Source: an uncultured Chlorobiales bacterium (GTDB lineage Bacteria > Bacteroidota > Chlorobiia > Chlorobiales > Chlorobiaceae). Taken from it: 64,000 nt of DNA. Position numbers and translations under genes: made by a program. Below are positions 1 through 8,667 of this stretch, piece after piece. The DNA lies in contig CAIYTH010000014.1 in the NCBI GenBank assembly GCA_903929135.1, positions 34,258 to 98,257 on the forward strand, written 5' to 3'. Positions within the stretch are counted from its first letter, which is position 1. The number at the start of each line of letters is the position of its first letter. The notes under the pieces are model-generated. The model did not search any database and was not told the origin of the DNA. It saw only the letters and a list, made by a program, of their open reading frames with translations.

Positions 1-770
1 CAGGCCTCCAGGCAGCGGTCGCAGCCGAAGAGCCACGGGCCGGTCTTGGCCGCTTCGCTCTCCGTGAACTCCCGTTTCAGCTCGATGGTGAGGTAGGAGA
101 TGCAGCGCGTGGCGTCGATCCGGCCGGATGCCGTGAGGGCGCCGGTGGGGCAGGCGTCGAGGCAGGCACGGCAGTCGCCGCACGGGTCGAAGTCGAGTGG
201 CGCGTCGGGTTCGATCTCGATGTCGAGCAGCAGCTCTCCGAGGAAGACCATGGAGCCGGCGCCGGGGACGATGAGCAGGGTGTTCCTGCCGGTACGGCCG
301 ATGCCCGCAGCCTCGGCCCAGGCTTTTTCGAGCACGGGGGCGCCGTCGACGCAGGCGACGCCGTTCACGGGCACTCCGGCCTCGGAGCGGATGAATCCGA
401 GGAGTTTCCCGAGGAGGCTCCTGACGACAAGGTGGTAGTCCGGGATCGCGGCGTGTGCCGAGAGGATGCCTTCCTCATCATGGCCCCGATCCTGCCTTGC
501 GGGGCCGGCGACGGCGACGGAGAGCACCGTCCTTGCTCCGCTGAGGAGCAGCGTCGGGTCTGCGCGTTCGGGCATGCCGGTTTCGAGGTAGCGCATCTCT
601 CCGTGGCGCCCTTGGGCGACCATCTCCCTGAGGCTTTCCATGGCGTCGGCCTGCGGACGGACTGCTGCAAAACCTGCGGCGCAGAAGCCGAGCCCGAGGG
701 CTTTCTGCCTGATCTGCTCTTTCATCGATGCCGGAACCTTGTCCATGGCGAAGGAAGATGTCCGGCTCAT
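1..770 (-). CDS. queG: Epoxyqueuosine reductase QueG; the C-terminal end runs off the window edge
   Basis: My own minus-strand translation. Nt 1-120 give IDATRCISYLTIELKREFTESEAAKTGPWLFGCDRCLEA and nt 121-200 give PLDFDPCGDCRACLDACPTGALTASGR (4Fe-4S ferredoxin motifs typical of QueG). The N-terminus reads MSRTSSFAMDKVPASMKEQIRQKALGLGFCAAGF. It is absent from the ORF track, presumably because it has no stop inside the window. Start candidates are 770, 746 and 725. Confidence 0.8.
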   Translation of the reverse strand, partial: MSRTSSFAMDKVPASMKEQIRQKALGLGFCAAGFAAVRPQADAMESLREMVAQGRHGEMRYLETGMPERADPTLLLSGARTVLSVAVAGPARQDRGHDEEGILSAHAAIPDYHLVVRSLLGKLLGFIRSEAGVPVNGVACVDGAPVLEKAWAEAAGIGRTGRNTLLIVPGAGSMVFLGELLLDIEIEPDAPLDFDPCGDCRACLDACPTGALTASGRIDATRCISYLTIELKREFTESEAAKTGPWLFGCDRCLEA

Positions 771-858
771 CTGCCGGAAACGTTGGCGGAACCTGCAATT
801 ATTGCTAAATATAGGGATTGTGGGTACCATCCGCCACCAATCCCTTCCACCGAGCATC

Positions 859-2802
859 ATGCAGCGACGCGACTTCATCAGGCATTTTCTGAAACGCACC
901 GGTATCGGGGCAGGCATCATGACGGCCGGAACGGCGGGCCTTGTCGGGTATTACCAGCCGAGGAAGCAGGAGTACGGCACAGGAGGCCCTGAAAACTTTC
1001 CCGACAAACTCAAGGTCCCGAAAAAGGCGGTGGTCGTTGGCGGCGGGCTTGCCGGCATCAGCGCGGCCCTTGAACTGGCTCGCAGGAACTTCGAAGTCAC
1101 GCTCGTCGAGGCTTCTCCGGCGCTCGGAGGCAAGCTGACCGGCTGGAACATCGACGCCCTCGGGGAGAGCTTTCCGGTGGAGCACGGGTTCCACGGTTTT
1201 TTCGACCAGTACTACAACCTGAACGAGATGTTCGCATCGGCCGGCGTCCGCGCCGATGCCTTCACCCCCTCCCCGGGTTATCCGGTGCTGTTCAACGGCA
1301 AGGCGCTCGAAGTGTTCGGCCAGACGCCGAAGCTCTTTCCCTTCAACATCCTGTCGGTCGTCGGGCAGTCGCGCACCCTCGACATCGCCTCGTTCCTCCG
1401 GGACTACAAGGGGTTGCCGCCGCTCATCGAGATGTTCCGGTACCGCTATGACCGCACCTTCCACGATTTCGACAGCATCGATTTCATGACCTACTGCCGT
1501 CGCGGCGAGGTGCTGCCGGCGTTTGTCGACACGGTGCTGCATCCCTTCGCCGACGCCACCATGAACCGCATGGAGGTGCTTTCGGCCGCGGAGGCGATGC
1601 GCTATTTCCATTTCTACTTCATGGGCAGCCCGGAGGGGCTCAGCTTCAGGATCACGACCCGGGACTGCATGAGCGCGCTCATCGACCCGCTCGAACGGAA
1701 GCTGAAAGCGTCAGGTGTGACGGTTGTGAAAGGTCAGAAGGTCGCCGGTCTCGAGTTGCAGAGTGGCAGGGTGGCATCCGTGAGGCTCGACGGGGCCGCC
1801 TTGCCCGGAAACGCTCAGCTCGCATCGATCCCGAAGGGTGAGGTACCTGCGTCGGGATGGCTCCAGAAGCAGTCCGACGCCGGTGTGCCGCTGCTGGTTG
1901 CGAGGCGCGGCAGTTCATGGGCGGCGTTCGACGCACGATGCACCCACATGGGATGCCCGGTGAGCCCTGAAAAGGAGACCGGGGGTTTCCTGTGTCCCTG
2001 CCATGCGGGCCGCTTCGACGCCGAAGGAGCTCCGGTCAGCGGCCCTCCCAAGGCACCGCTTGCCGCCCTGACGGTCAGGGAGGAGGGGGATCTGCTGGTG
2101 CTTGAACGGGGTTCGGGAGGAACCTCTGACGCGGTCGCTTCAGGTCCGGGAACCCTGCCGTGCGACTACTGCGTCGTGGCGGCAAACGTCCGGGGTGCGA
2201 AGGAGCTGCTGCAGGAGTCAGGTGCTGCGTTCCCGTCGTTCGGCAGGCAGGTGGCGTCCCTCGGCGAGGCCGATCCCTACGCGGTATGGCGGGTGTGGCT
2301 TGACCGGCCGATCCGCGAAGCGAAGTATCCGTTCTATACGGTCTCAGGGTTCACCTACACCGATTCGATCAGCCTCTATTCGAGCTTCCAGGAGCCGTTC
2401 GCCGGTTGGGCGAAGAAGACCGGCGGCTGCGTGGTCGAACTGCACGCCTACGCCATCGCCCCCGGGCAGGTCCGGCCGGAACGGGAGATCCGGGACACGA
2501 TGCTGCGCGAACTGCACGAGATGTTCCCGGAGACGAGGGGATCGACGATCCGGCATGAGCTGTTCATGATGCAGTCCAACTTTTCACGATGGGCTCCCGG
2601 GGACCACGCTTCACGGCCGGGGGTCGAAACGCCGGTCGGCAACCTCTTCCTCGCCGGGGACTGGGTAGGGACCGAGGCGCCGGTATTCCTCATGGAGGCG
2701 GCCGCCTTCACCGGGCGGATGGCGGTCAACGCCATCGCGGCAAAGGAGTCGCTGAAGCAGTCGCAACTGCCCATCGTGCCGATGAACGGGATATTCGCCT
2801 GA
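859..2802 (+). CDS. FAD/NAD(P)-binding CrtI/amine-oxidase-family oxidoreductase with an N-terminal twin-arginine motif and an internal Rieske [2Fe-2S] module; possibly a CrtU-type carotenoid ring desaturase
   Basis: ORF 640..2802 trimmed to ATG 859, where MQRRDFIRHFLKRTGIGAGIM begins; the upstream part overlaps queG on the other strand. Dinucleotide fold VVVGGGLAGISAALELARRNFEVTLVEASPALGGK. Rieske ligands CTH-x15-CPCH (CTHMGCPVSPEKETGGFLCPCH, from nt ~1939). Family-typical C-terminus NLFLAGDWVGT. Confidence 0.8.
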   Translation: MQRRDFIRHFLKRTGIGAGIMTAGTAGLVGYYQPRKQEYGTGGPENFPDKLKVPKKAVVVGGGLAGISAALELARRNFEVTLVEASPALGGKLTGWNIDALGESFPVEHGFHGFFDQYYNLNEMFASAGVRADAFTPSPGYPVLFNGKALEVFGQTPKLFPFNILSVVGQSRTLDIASFLRDYKGLPPLIEMFRYRYDRTFHDFDSIDFMTYCRRGEVLPAFVDTVLHPFADATMNRMEVLSAAEAMRYFHFYFMGSPEGLSFRITTRDCMSALIDPLERKLKASGVTVVKGQKVAGLELQSGRVASVRLDGAALPGNAQLASIPKGEVPASGWLQKQSDAGVPLLVARRGSSWAAFDARCTHMGCPVSPEKETGGFLCPCHAGRFDAEGAPVSGPPKAPLAALTVREEGDLLVLERGSGGTSDAVASGPGTLPCDYCVVAANVRGAKELLQESGAAFPSFGRQVASLGEADPYAVWRVWLDRPIREAKYPFYTVSGFTYTDSISLYSSFQEPFAGWAKKTGGCVVELHAYAIAPGQVRPEREIRDTMLRELHEMFPETRGSTIRHELFMMQSNFSRWAPGDHASRPGVETPVGNLFLAGDWVGTEAPVFLMEAAAFTGRMAVNAIAAKESLKQSQLPIVPMNGIFA

Positions 2803-2806
2803 CGCC

Positions 2807-2826
2807 CCCCGGGTTGAAACCCGGGG
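2807..2826 (+). terminator. GC hairpin ccccggg-ttgaaa-cccgggg, 4 nt after the stop codon; no T-tract
   Basis: Perfect 7-bp stem read directly from the sequence. It lies in a convergent gene gap. Confidence 0.4.
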
Positions 2827-2935
2827 CAATTGAAGAGAATGTAAGAGGTTGATGTCCGTCGTCCCGAAGTGTCGGGACTCCTGAATGTAAGATAGGTTTC
2901 TGTGCTCCGTCCGCCTGGCGTGGTTGTCTGCGGGC

Positions 2936-2980
2936 GTCCATTCAGTCCATGACGTCCATTCCGTCAATCAAGTCCATATT
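2936..2980. repeat. Five tandem 9-bp units GTCCATNNN (gtccattca gtccatgac gtccattcc gtcaatcaa gtccatatt)
   Basis: Read directly from the sequence. The same unit family recurs at 47825-47860 and 61971-62006. Confidence 0.85.
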
Positions 2981-3012
2981 CTTCGCCCGCTCCATCTTTT
3001 CCCGCTCCGCTC

Positions 3013-4164
3013 TTACTTCATCTTCCGGCAGGAGTCGATGCATCCGACGACCGTGTCGTGCAGGAGGGGCCTGAACTTTCGGATTTTTATGTTCGCAGGG
3101 CTCGGCCATACCCGGTTGCTCAGCAGGATGACGGCAAGCTCCTTTTCCGGGTCGACCCAGATGCTGGTTCCGGTGAAGCCGAGGTGGCCCCATGACGATG
3201 CCGAGAAGCGGGCTCCCGCCGAAGAGCTTCCTCCGGGAGTGACGAGGTCCCAGCCGAGCGCCCTCGACGCATCGCCCTTTTTCAGGAAGGTCGCGACCGT
3301 CGATGCATGCACGTACCGTTTCCCTTCGAATTTTCCGCCCTCCATCAGCATGAGCACCATCCGGCTCAGGTCGCCAGTGGTGGTGAAAAGTCCGGCGTGT
3401 CCTGCCACGCCTCCGAGCAGGGCGGCGTTCTGGTCGTTGACCAGCGGGCGTGGGCGCTCCAGCTTCCAGACCCCGTCTTCCCCGGTCGGCGCGATGCGTC
3501 CCCGATACCCGGGCGGTGGAGTGAACATGGTGGAGCTCATGCCGAGCGGTTCGCTGAACCTTGAGCGGAAGTTCGACGCGAGGCTTCTTCCGGTGAGCGA
3601 TTCCACGATGTTGCCGAGCAGCATGAACCCGAGGTCGCTGTATTCGGTTTTCGTGCCGGGGGTGTAGGCCAGAGAGTCGTGGTCGATGGCGCTGAAGAGT
3701 TCTGCCGGAGTCGTGCAGGTCGTCGCGAAATAGGTATGGGCCCTCAGTCCGGATTCGTGGCGCATGAGCTGACCGATCGTGACCCGCCCCTTCCCGTTGG
3801 CGGCGAATCCGGGCCGGTATCGGCTTGCAGGGGCCTGGATGTCGAGGGAGTCGCGTTCGACGAGCTGCATGACGATGCTCGTCGTGACCACGGCCTTGGT
3901 CAGGGATGCCGCGTCGTACATGGTGGTGGTGTCTGCCGGGGCGCTGAGCGGATCGTAGGTCTGCCGGCCGAAGGCCTTGTGGAACACGATGCGGCCCCGA
4001 TGGATCACGGCCAGGCTTGCGCCCGGGAAGACGCTGTCGCTGACTGCCTTTCGCATCAGGGCTTCGAGCGGAGAGAAGTCACAGGTAGCAGCTCCTGCCG
4101 GCAAGGCGGCCGAGAGGACGACCGCGGCGACAATGGCTGACAGCAATGTGCGAAGCGTCCTCAT
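3013..4164 (-). CDS. Secreted serine hydrolase, beta-lactamase (class C / PBP4*-like) family
   Basis: 383-aa ORF. Signal peptide MRTLRTLLSAIVAAVVLSAALPAGAA. SxxK motif in DAASLTKAVVTTS. Confidence 0.8.
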   Translation of the reverse strand: MRTLRTLLSAIVAAVVLSAALPAGAATCDFSPLEALMRKAVSDSVFPGASLAVIHRGRIVFHKAFGRQTYDPLSAPADTTTMYDAASLTKAVVTTSIVMQLVERDSLDIQAPASRYRPGFAANGKGRVTIGQLMRHESGLRAHTYFATTCTTPAELFSAIDHDSLAYTPGTKTEYSDLGFMLLGNIVESLTGRSLASNFRSRFSEPLGMSSTMFTPPPGYRGRIAPTGEDGVWKLERPRPLVNDQNAALLGGVAGHAGLFTTTGDLSRMVLMLMEGGKFEGKRYVHASTVATFLKKGDASRALGWDLVTPGGSSSAGARFSASSWGHLGFTGTSIWVDPEKELAVILLSNRVWPSPANIKIRKFRPLLHDTVVGCIDSCRKMK

Positions 4165-4181
4165 CGATCAGGAGGAAAGGT

Positions 4182-5060
4182 TCAGAAAAAGGTGAACCTG
4201 ACGTACCTGCCCGGTTTACGCTTCAGGTCGGTCAGGAGCGAATCGAGGGAGATCATGGTACGGTTCAGGTTGTTGTAGAGCGCCGGGTCGGAATTCAGCT
4301 TGCCGATGGTGCTCTGTTCGCTGTTCAGCCTTTCGACGAGGGTTTCAGCCTTCGCGGTGGTGCTCTTGAGGTTTTCCAGCGTCTGTGCGGTGTTGTCGGC
4401 GAGGGCCTTGTCCCTCATCAGCCTCGGGAGGATCCCTTTTCCGTTCGAAAGCTCGGCGCTGAACTTCGAGAGGTCTGCCGACGTCGTATGCAGGTTCGTC
4501 ATGGTCTGCTGCAGTTCGGCTCCCATCTTCTCGTCCGACAGGATCCGGCCCATCGGTCCCTTGCCGTTGTTGAGCCTGTCGAGCAGGGTATTGATCTTGG
4601 CGAGGGCCGTCGAAGCGTTCGTCGCCAGTCCAGCCATGCCGTCTTCCGACACGAGACTGATGTAGTCGCCGTCCTTGACCGGAGTTCCTTTTCCGGTCGT
4701 GATGTCCACATATTTGTCGCCGAGAATGCCGAGCGAGCGGATCATTGCCTTCGAGTCTTTCGTGACCAGGCCGGCGAACTCGTTGCGCAGCCGGAGATCG
4801 GCCACCACGTGAAGCGAATCGTGAATCGTGCTGAAGCTGAGCTTCGACACGGTGCCGATCTTCTTGCCAGAGACGGAGACGAAGTTGTTCTCGGCCAGGC
4901 CGTTGACGTTATTCGAAATGATCCTGATCGTCGTTACGCCGGTAAAGGTGCTGGTGTTCTTGCCGATGACGATGCCGAGATAGGCAGCGAAGCCGAGGCC
5001 GAGCACGAAGAAGATGCCGGTCCTGAGGTCGCTCCATTTCAGTTCTTTCGGGTTTCTCAT
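4182..5060 (-). CDS. mlaD: MlaD/Mce-family substrate-binding component of an ABC lipid transporter
   Basis: 292-aa ORF with an N-terminal TM helix, then an Mce-like domain (TIRIISNNVNGLAENNFVSVSGKKIGTVSKL). It lies directly downstream of the ATPase and permease genes. Confidence 0.75.
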   Translation of the reverse strand: MRNPKELKWSDLRTGIFFVLGLGFAAYLGIVIGKNTSTFTGVTTIRIISNNVNGLAENNFVSVSGKKIGTVSKLSFSTIHDSLHVVADLRLRNEFAGLVTKDSKAMIRSLGILGDKYVDITTGKGTPVKDGDYISLVSEDGMAGLATNASTALAKINTLLDRLNNGKGPMGRILSDEKMGAELQQTMTNLHTTSADLSKFSAELSNGKGILPRLMRDKALADNTAQTLENLKSTTAKAETLVERLNSEQSTIGKLNSDPALYNNLNRTMISLDSLLTDLKRKPGRYVRFTFF

Positions 5061-5083
5061 ACGAAAATCGTGGTCTGGTGGTG

Positions 5084-5818
5084 TTAAATTTCGAGGATCT
5101 TGTCCGACAGGATCGACATGATGAACGGGTGGTCGGACTCATGCAACCTCTCGGTCTCGCCGTCGAAGATGATCTTTCCCTGGTAGAGCACGGCCACTCG
5201 GTCCGCAATGGCGAACACGTCGTCGATGATGTGGGTCACGAACACGGCGCCGAGGTTGCTGGTCTTTCGCAACGATGCGATAAGGTTCAGGATCTTTTTC
5301 GAACTGACCGGGTCGAGCCCGGCCGTCGGTTCGTCGAACAGGATCATCCTCGGCTTGAAGATCAGGGCCCTGCCGATGGCGACGCGTTTGCGCATGCCGC
5401 CGCTGAGGCTCTCGGGGAGTTGATCTTCGTAGCCTTCGAGCCCTGCGAACTTGATCTGTTCGGTCACCCGTCGTTCGATCTCCTCTTCGGGCAGCCGGAG
5501 GTTTTCCCTGAGGAAAAAGCTGAAGTTCTGGCTGATGGTCATCGAATCGAACAGGGCGTTCCCCTGGAACACGATGCCCATCTTTCTCCTGATCGGGTAG
5601 AGATCGACCTCCTTCATCCGGGTGATGTCGACATCGTCGACGAATATCTGTCCGCTGTTCGGTTTGATCAACCCGAGCATAAGCTTCAGGATCGTGCTCT
5701 TGCCGACGCCGCTGGGGCCGAGGATAGCCTTGATCCTGTTGTCCTTGACCGTGATCGAGACGTTGTCGAGGATCAGTTTGTCGCCGTATTTCAGCGTGAC
5801 GTTTCTGAGTTCGATCAT
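5084..5818 (-). CDS. mlaF: ABC transporter ATP-binding protein (MlaF-like)
   Basis: Walker A GPSGVGKST, signature LSGGMRKRVAIGRAL, Walker B ILFDEPTAGLD. Confidence 0.85.
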   Translation of the reverse strand: MIELRNVTLKYGDKLILDNVSITVKDNRIKAILGPSGVGKSTILKLMLGLIKPNSGQIFVDDVDITRMKEVDLYPIRRKMGIVFQGNALFDSMTISQNFSFFLRENLRLPEEEIERRVTEQIKFAGLEGYEDQLPESLSGGMRKRVAIGRALIFKPRMILFDEPTAGLDPVSSKKILNLIASLRKTSNLGAVFVTHIIDDVFAIADRVAVLYQGKIIFDGETERLHESDHPFIMSILSDKILEI

Positions 5819-5819
5819 A

Positions 5820-6617
5820 CTACTGCATGTTTTCGAGCACGAGCTTCGAGACGTAGAAGTTGGCGATCAGCACCAGGCCGGAGGAAACCACGATGCCCTT
5901 GATGGTGGACCTGCCGACCCCGGCAGTACCGCCGCGCGCCGAAAAGCCGTTGAAGCTGCTGACCAGCGTGATGATGATGGCGAAGACCGGTGCCTTCAGG
6001 AAGCCGACGACGAAATCCTTCGGGACCATCCGGGGATAGACCGAGTTCCAGAAGATGCCGGGATCGATATGATGGTAGTGTTCCGAAAGGAGGCCGGCCG
6101 CCTGAAGGCCTGCGAAATCGGCAAGGGCGGTCAGGGGTACGAACATGACCAGTGCGGCAGCGAGGCGAGGCATGACGAGCTTGGCGATCGGGTCCGTTCC
6201 GAACGCGCGAAGCGCGTCGATCTGTTCTGAAATCTGCATGGCGCCGAGTTCAGCGCCGTTCCTCGATCCGTACCTGGCCGACAGCATCAGCCCCATGAGC
6301 AGCGGGCCGAGTTCCCTGATGACCGAAATCGAGGTCGAACGGCCGAGCATGGTCTTAGCTCCGAAATCCTCGAGGAGGTTGCCGACCTCGATGGCAAGCA
6401 GCGAGCCGATCGAAATCGAGCTGACCAGCACGATCGGGATGGATTCTGCGCCGCAGATGTTCGCCTGGTCGAGGAAGTCCCGCCAGTAGCGCTTGAGTTT
6501 CGGCATGGTGGTGAATGCCCTGACCGAGAAGAAGAAGAACTCCTGCATGGTGAGCAGGAACTCCTTCAGCCTCAGCACCGCCTGATCCGACAGGTTTCTG
6601 ATGTTGGTCATTGGCAT
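5820..6617 (-). CDS. mlaE: ABC transporter permease (MlaE-like)
   Basis: 265-aa polytopic ORF. A 2-nt gap separates it from the ATPase gene. Family-typical segment GAELGAMQISEQIDALRAFG. Confidence 0.8.
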   Translation of the reverse strand: MPMTNIRNLSDQAVLRLKEFLLTMQEFFFFSVRAFTTMPKLKRYWRDFLDQANICGAESIPIVLVSSISIGSLLAIEVGNLLEDFGAKTMLGRSTSISVIRELGPLLMGLMLSARYGSRNGAELGAMQISEQIDALRAFGTDPIAKLVMPRLAAALVMFVPLTALADFAGLQAAGLLSEHYHHIDPGIFWNSVYPRMVPKDFVVGFLKAPVFAIIITLVSSFNGFSARGGTAGVGRSTIKGIVVSSGLVLIANFYVSKLVLENMQ

Positions 6618-6815
6618 TGGTTTACCATCGCTTCGTCGAAAAAACGGGCAGGGATCGGACCCCTGGCCATAACTGGTGGTGCAAGTATAGCAAAACTTGA
6701 CCGAATCTTTTCAGTGCCGGGCAGATAATTTGTTTTCCCTGGGACGCGTTGCACATCCCGTCGGCATCAAGGGATCCACCCGGGCAGGCATCCAGGGGGG
6801 GAATGCACGGGTAGA

Positions 6816-7682
6816 TCATCCTTTATTGGCCGGGGAAAGCCGACTTTTCATTTTGGTGACCCATTCATAGGGGATGCAGGTCTGGCCGAAATTGTCTTCG
6901 TGGTCTTTCATGCCGTGGTAATCCGACCCGCCGGAGAAAAGGAGGAAATACTCGTTGGCGATCTCCCTGTAATAGTTCTGCCGGTAGGCGTCGTGCGAAG
7001 GATGGATGATCTCGAGGCCGTCCAGGCCGAATGAGATGAGCTGGCGGAGGATTTCGTCGGGCACGTTCTGGGCGGGATGGGCCAGGAACGACAACCCGGA
7101 GGCTTCGTTGATGAGCCTGATGACCTCTCCGGGATGCGTTTCGATGCTTTTGACGTAGGCCGGGCTGTGCGAACCGAGGTATTTGCTGAAAGCTTCGCTG
7201 AAGCTTTTGACAAAGCCCCCGTCCTGGAGGACAGCCGCGATGTGCGGCCGCCCCACGCTACCGTTCTGGGCCTTCATGATGATCTGCTCGATCTCGATCT
7301 TGACGCCCATCTTGCCCAGCTTCTGGACCATCCTTTCAGCCCTTTCGGTGCGCAGCAGGCGGCAGTGGTCCAGATAGCCTTTCAGCCCGGATTGCTTGTA
7401 ATCAAAGAAATAACCAAGGATATGAATATCATATCCCTTGTAGGCCGAACTCATTTCTACACCTGGAATAAGCTCGACACCTGTTTCGAGTGATAATGGC
7501 TTTGCTTTGTCAATACCTGCGACAGAATCGTGGTCAGTTATGCTTATGGCTTTCAGGCCGACCTTGGCCGCCTTCCGCATAATGTCTTCTGGCGTAAAGA
7601 TTCCGTCCGAACATTTGGTGTGTATGTGTAAGTCTGCTCTATCAAAGCCATTATGCCCTACACCTGACGAGCTGTATGGCAT
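6816..7682 (-). CDS. PHP-domain metal-dependent phosphoesterase
   Basis: Motifs DLHIHTKCSDG, ISITDHDSVAG, HILGYF, RPHIA, GGSDYHG. ORF 6816..7814 trimmed to MPYSSSG at 7682, because the upstream 130 nt are AT-rich and look non-coding. Confidence 0.8.
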   Translation of the reverse strand: MPYSSSGVGHNGFDRADLHIHTKCSDGIFTPEDIMRKAAKVGLKAISITDHDSVAGIDKAKPLSLETGVELIPGVEMSSAYKGYDIHILGYFFDYKQSGLKGYLDHCRLLRTERAERMVQKLGKMGVKIEIEQIIMKAQNGSVGRPHIAAVLQDGGFVKSFSEAFSKYLGSHSPAYVKSIETHPGEVIRLINEASGLSFLAHPAQNVPDEILRQLISFGLDGLEIIHPSHDAYRQNYYREIANEYFLLFSGGSDYHGMKDHEDNFGQTCIPYEWVTKMKSRLSPANKG

Positions 7683-7818
7683 GGCCCAAGGTTTAAATTT
7701 GTGTGTTTTTGCTATCTCAGTATATAATAAATTTTTCCCCGCCCTTCTGACAGATATGACAATATTTTTTTCGCCCAGAAAGTTGCAGGAGGTGCTTCCG
7801 GAGGGGGGAAGCATCTCG

Positions 7819-8667
7819 TCAGGGCTGCAGTTTCCCGGTCGCGATCAGGACGATCAGGGCCGTTCCTGCCAGCAGCCGGTAGATGATGAAAATCGTGGTC
7901 GTATGGCGGCGGAGATAGTTGAGCAGGAAAGCGATGGAGAGGTATCCGACGATGCCTGCGCAGAGGGTCGCCACTGCAATAGCCACCATGTTCTGCGTTG
8001 AGGCCATGATCTCGGCCCTGGTTTTGTAAAGTTCGAACATACCGGCTGCGAATACCGAGGGAATGGAGAGCAGGAAGGAGTAGCGGGCGGCGGTTTTCCT
8101 GTCCAGGTTCATGAACAGCCCCCCGGTGATGGTCACGCCGGAACGGGATGAGCCGGGAATGAGCGCCATGGCCTGCGCGAAGCCGATGAAGATGGCCTCC
8201 TTCCAGCCGATTTCAGCAATCGATTTGCCGCTCAATCCCTTCTTCAGCCTCGAAAGGGTGTGCCGTTCAGCGATCGAAAGCACGAGGGCCAGGATGATCA
8301 TCGAGGCACTGATCCAGTAAAGGGATCTGAGGGTCGTTTCGATATCCTTTTTGAAGAGCAGGCCGAAGACGACGATCGGTACGGTACCGGCCGCGATCAT
8401 CCAGCCTGTTTTCGCTTCAGGCGAGTGGAACGGTGTTCCTTTCAGGATTCCCGAAATCACCGCACCGGCAATCGAGGCGATGTCCTTCGCGAAATAGAGC
8501 AGCACCGCGACGAGGGTGCCGATCTGGATGATTGCGGTGAATGCGGCTCCGGGGTCGTCCCAGCCAAGGATGGCCGGCACGATCCGCAGGTGGGCCGAAC
8601 TGCTGACCGGAAGGAATTCGGTGAGCCCCTGCACGATGCCGAGGACGATCGCCTGGAAGATGTTCAT
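7819..8667 (-). CDS. uppP: Undecaprenyl-diphosphate phosphatase
   Basis: MNIFQAIVLGIVQGLTEFLPVSSSAHL plus eight hydrophobic segments. Overlaps the upstream gene by 4 nt. Confidence 0.9.
   Translation of the reverse strand: MNIFQAIVLGIVQGLTEFLPVSSSAHLRIVPAILGWDDPGAAFTAIIQIGTLVAVLLYFAKDIASIAGAVISGILKGTPFHSPEAKTGWMIAAGTVPIVVFGLLFKKDIETTLRSLYWISASMIILALVLSIAERHTLSRLKKGLSGKSIAEIGWKEAIFIGFAQAMALIPGSSRSGVTITGGLFMNLDRKTAARYSFLLSIPSVFAAGMFELYKTRAEIMASTQNMVAIAVATLCAGIVGYLSIAFLLNYLRRHTTTIFIIYRLLAGTALIVLIATGKLQP

Noticed and set aside
640-858. N-terminal 73 codons of ORF 640..2802
   Set aside because: They overlap the queG N-terminus on the opposite strand and have no family similarity. The twin-arginine motif and a sensible start lie at 859.
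2936-2980. Possible CRISPR array (also considered at 47773-47860 and 61733-62042)
   Set aside because: The unit length is 9 bp with no unique spacers of 25-40 bp and no cas genes. These are micro-tandem/foldback repeats, not CRISPR.
2924-3667. 247-aa plus-strand ORF starting in the GTCCAT repeat (MSAGVHSVHDVHSVNQVH...)
   Set aside because: It runs antisense through the beta-lactamase-family gene. The VH repeat is simply the translation of the 9-bp DNA repeat.
7683-7814. N-terminal 44 codons of ORF 6816..7814 (PHP gene)
   Set aside because: The segment is AT-rich and promoter-like, with no similarity to the family. The PHP motif DLHIHT begins shortly after the internal Met at 7682.
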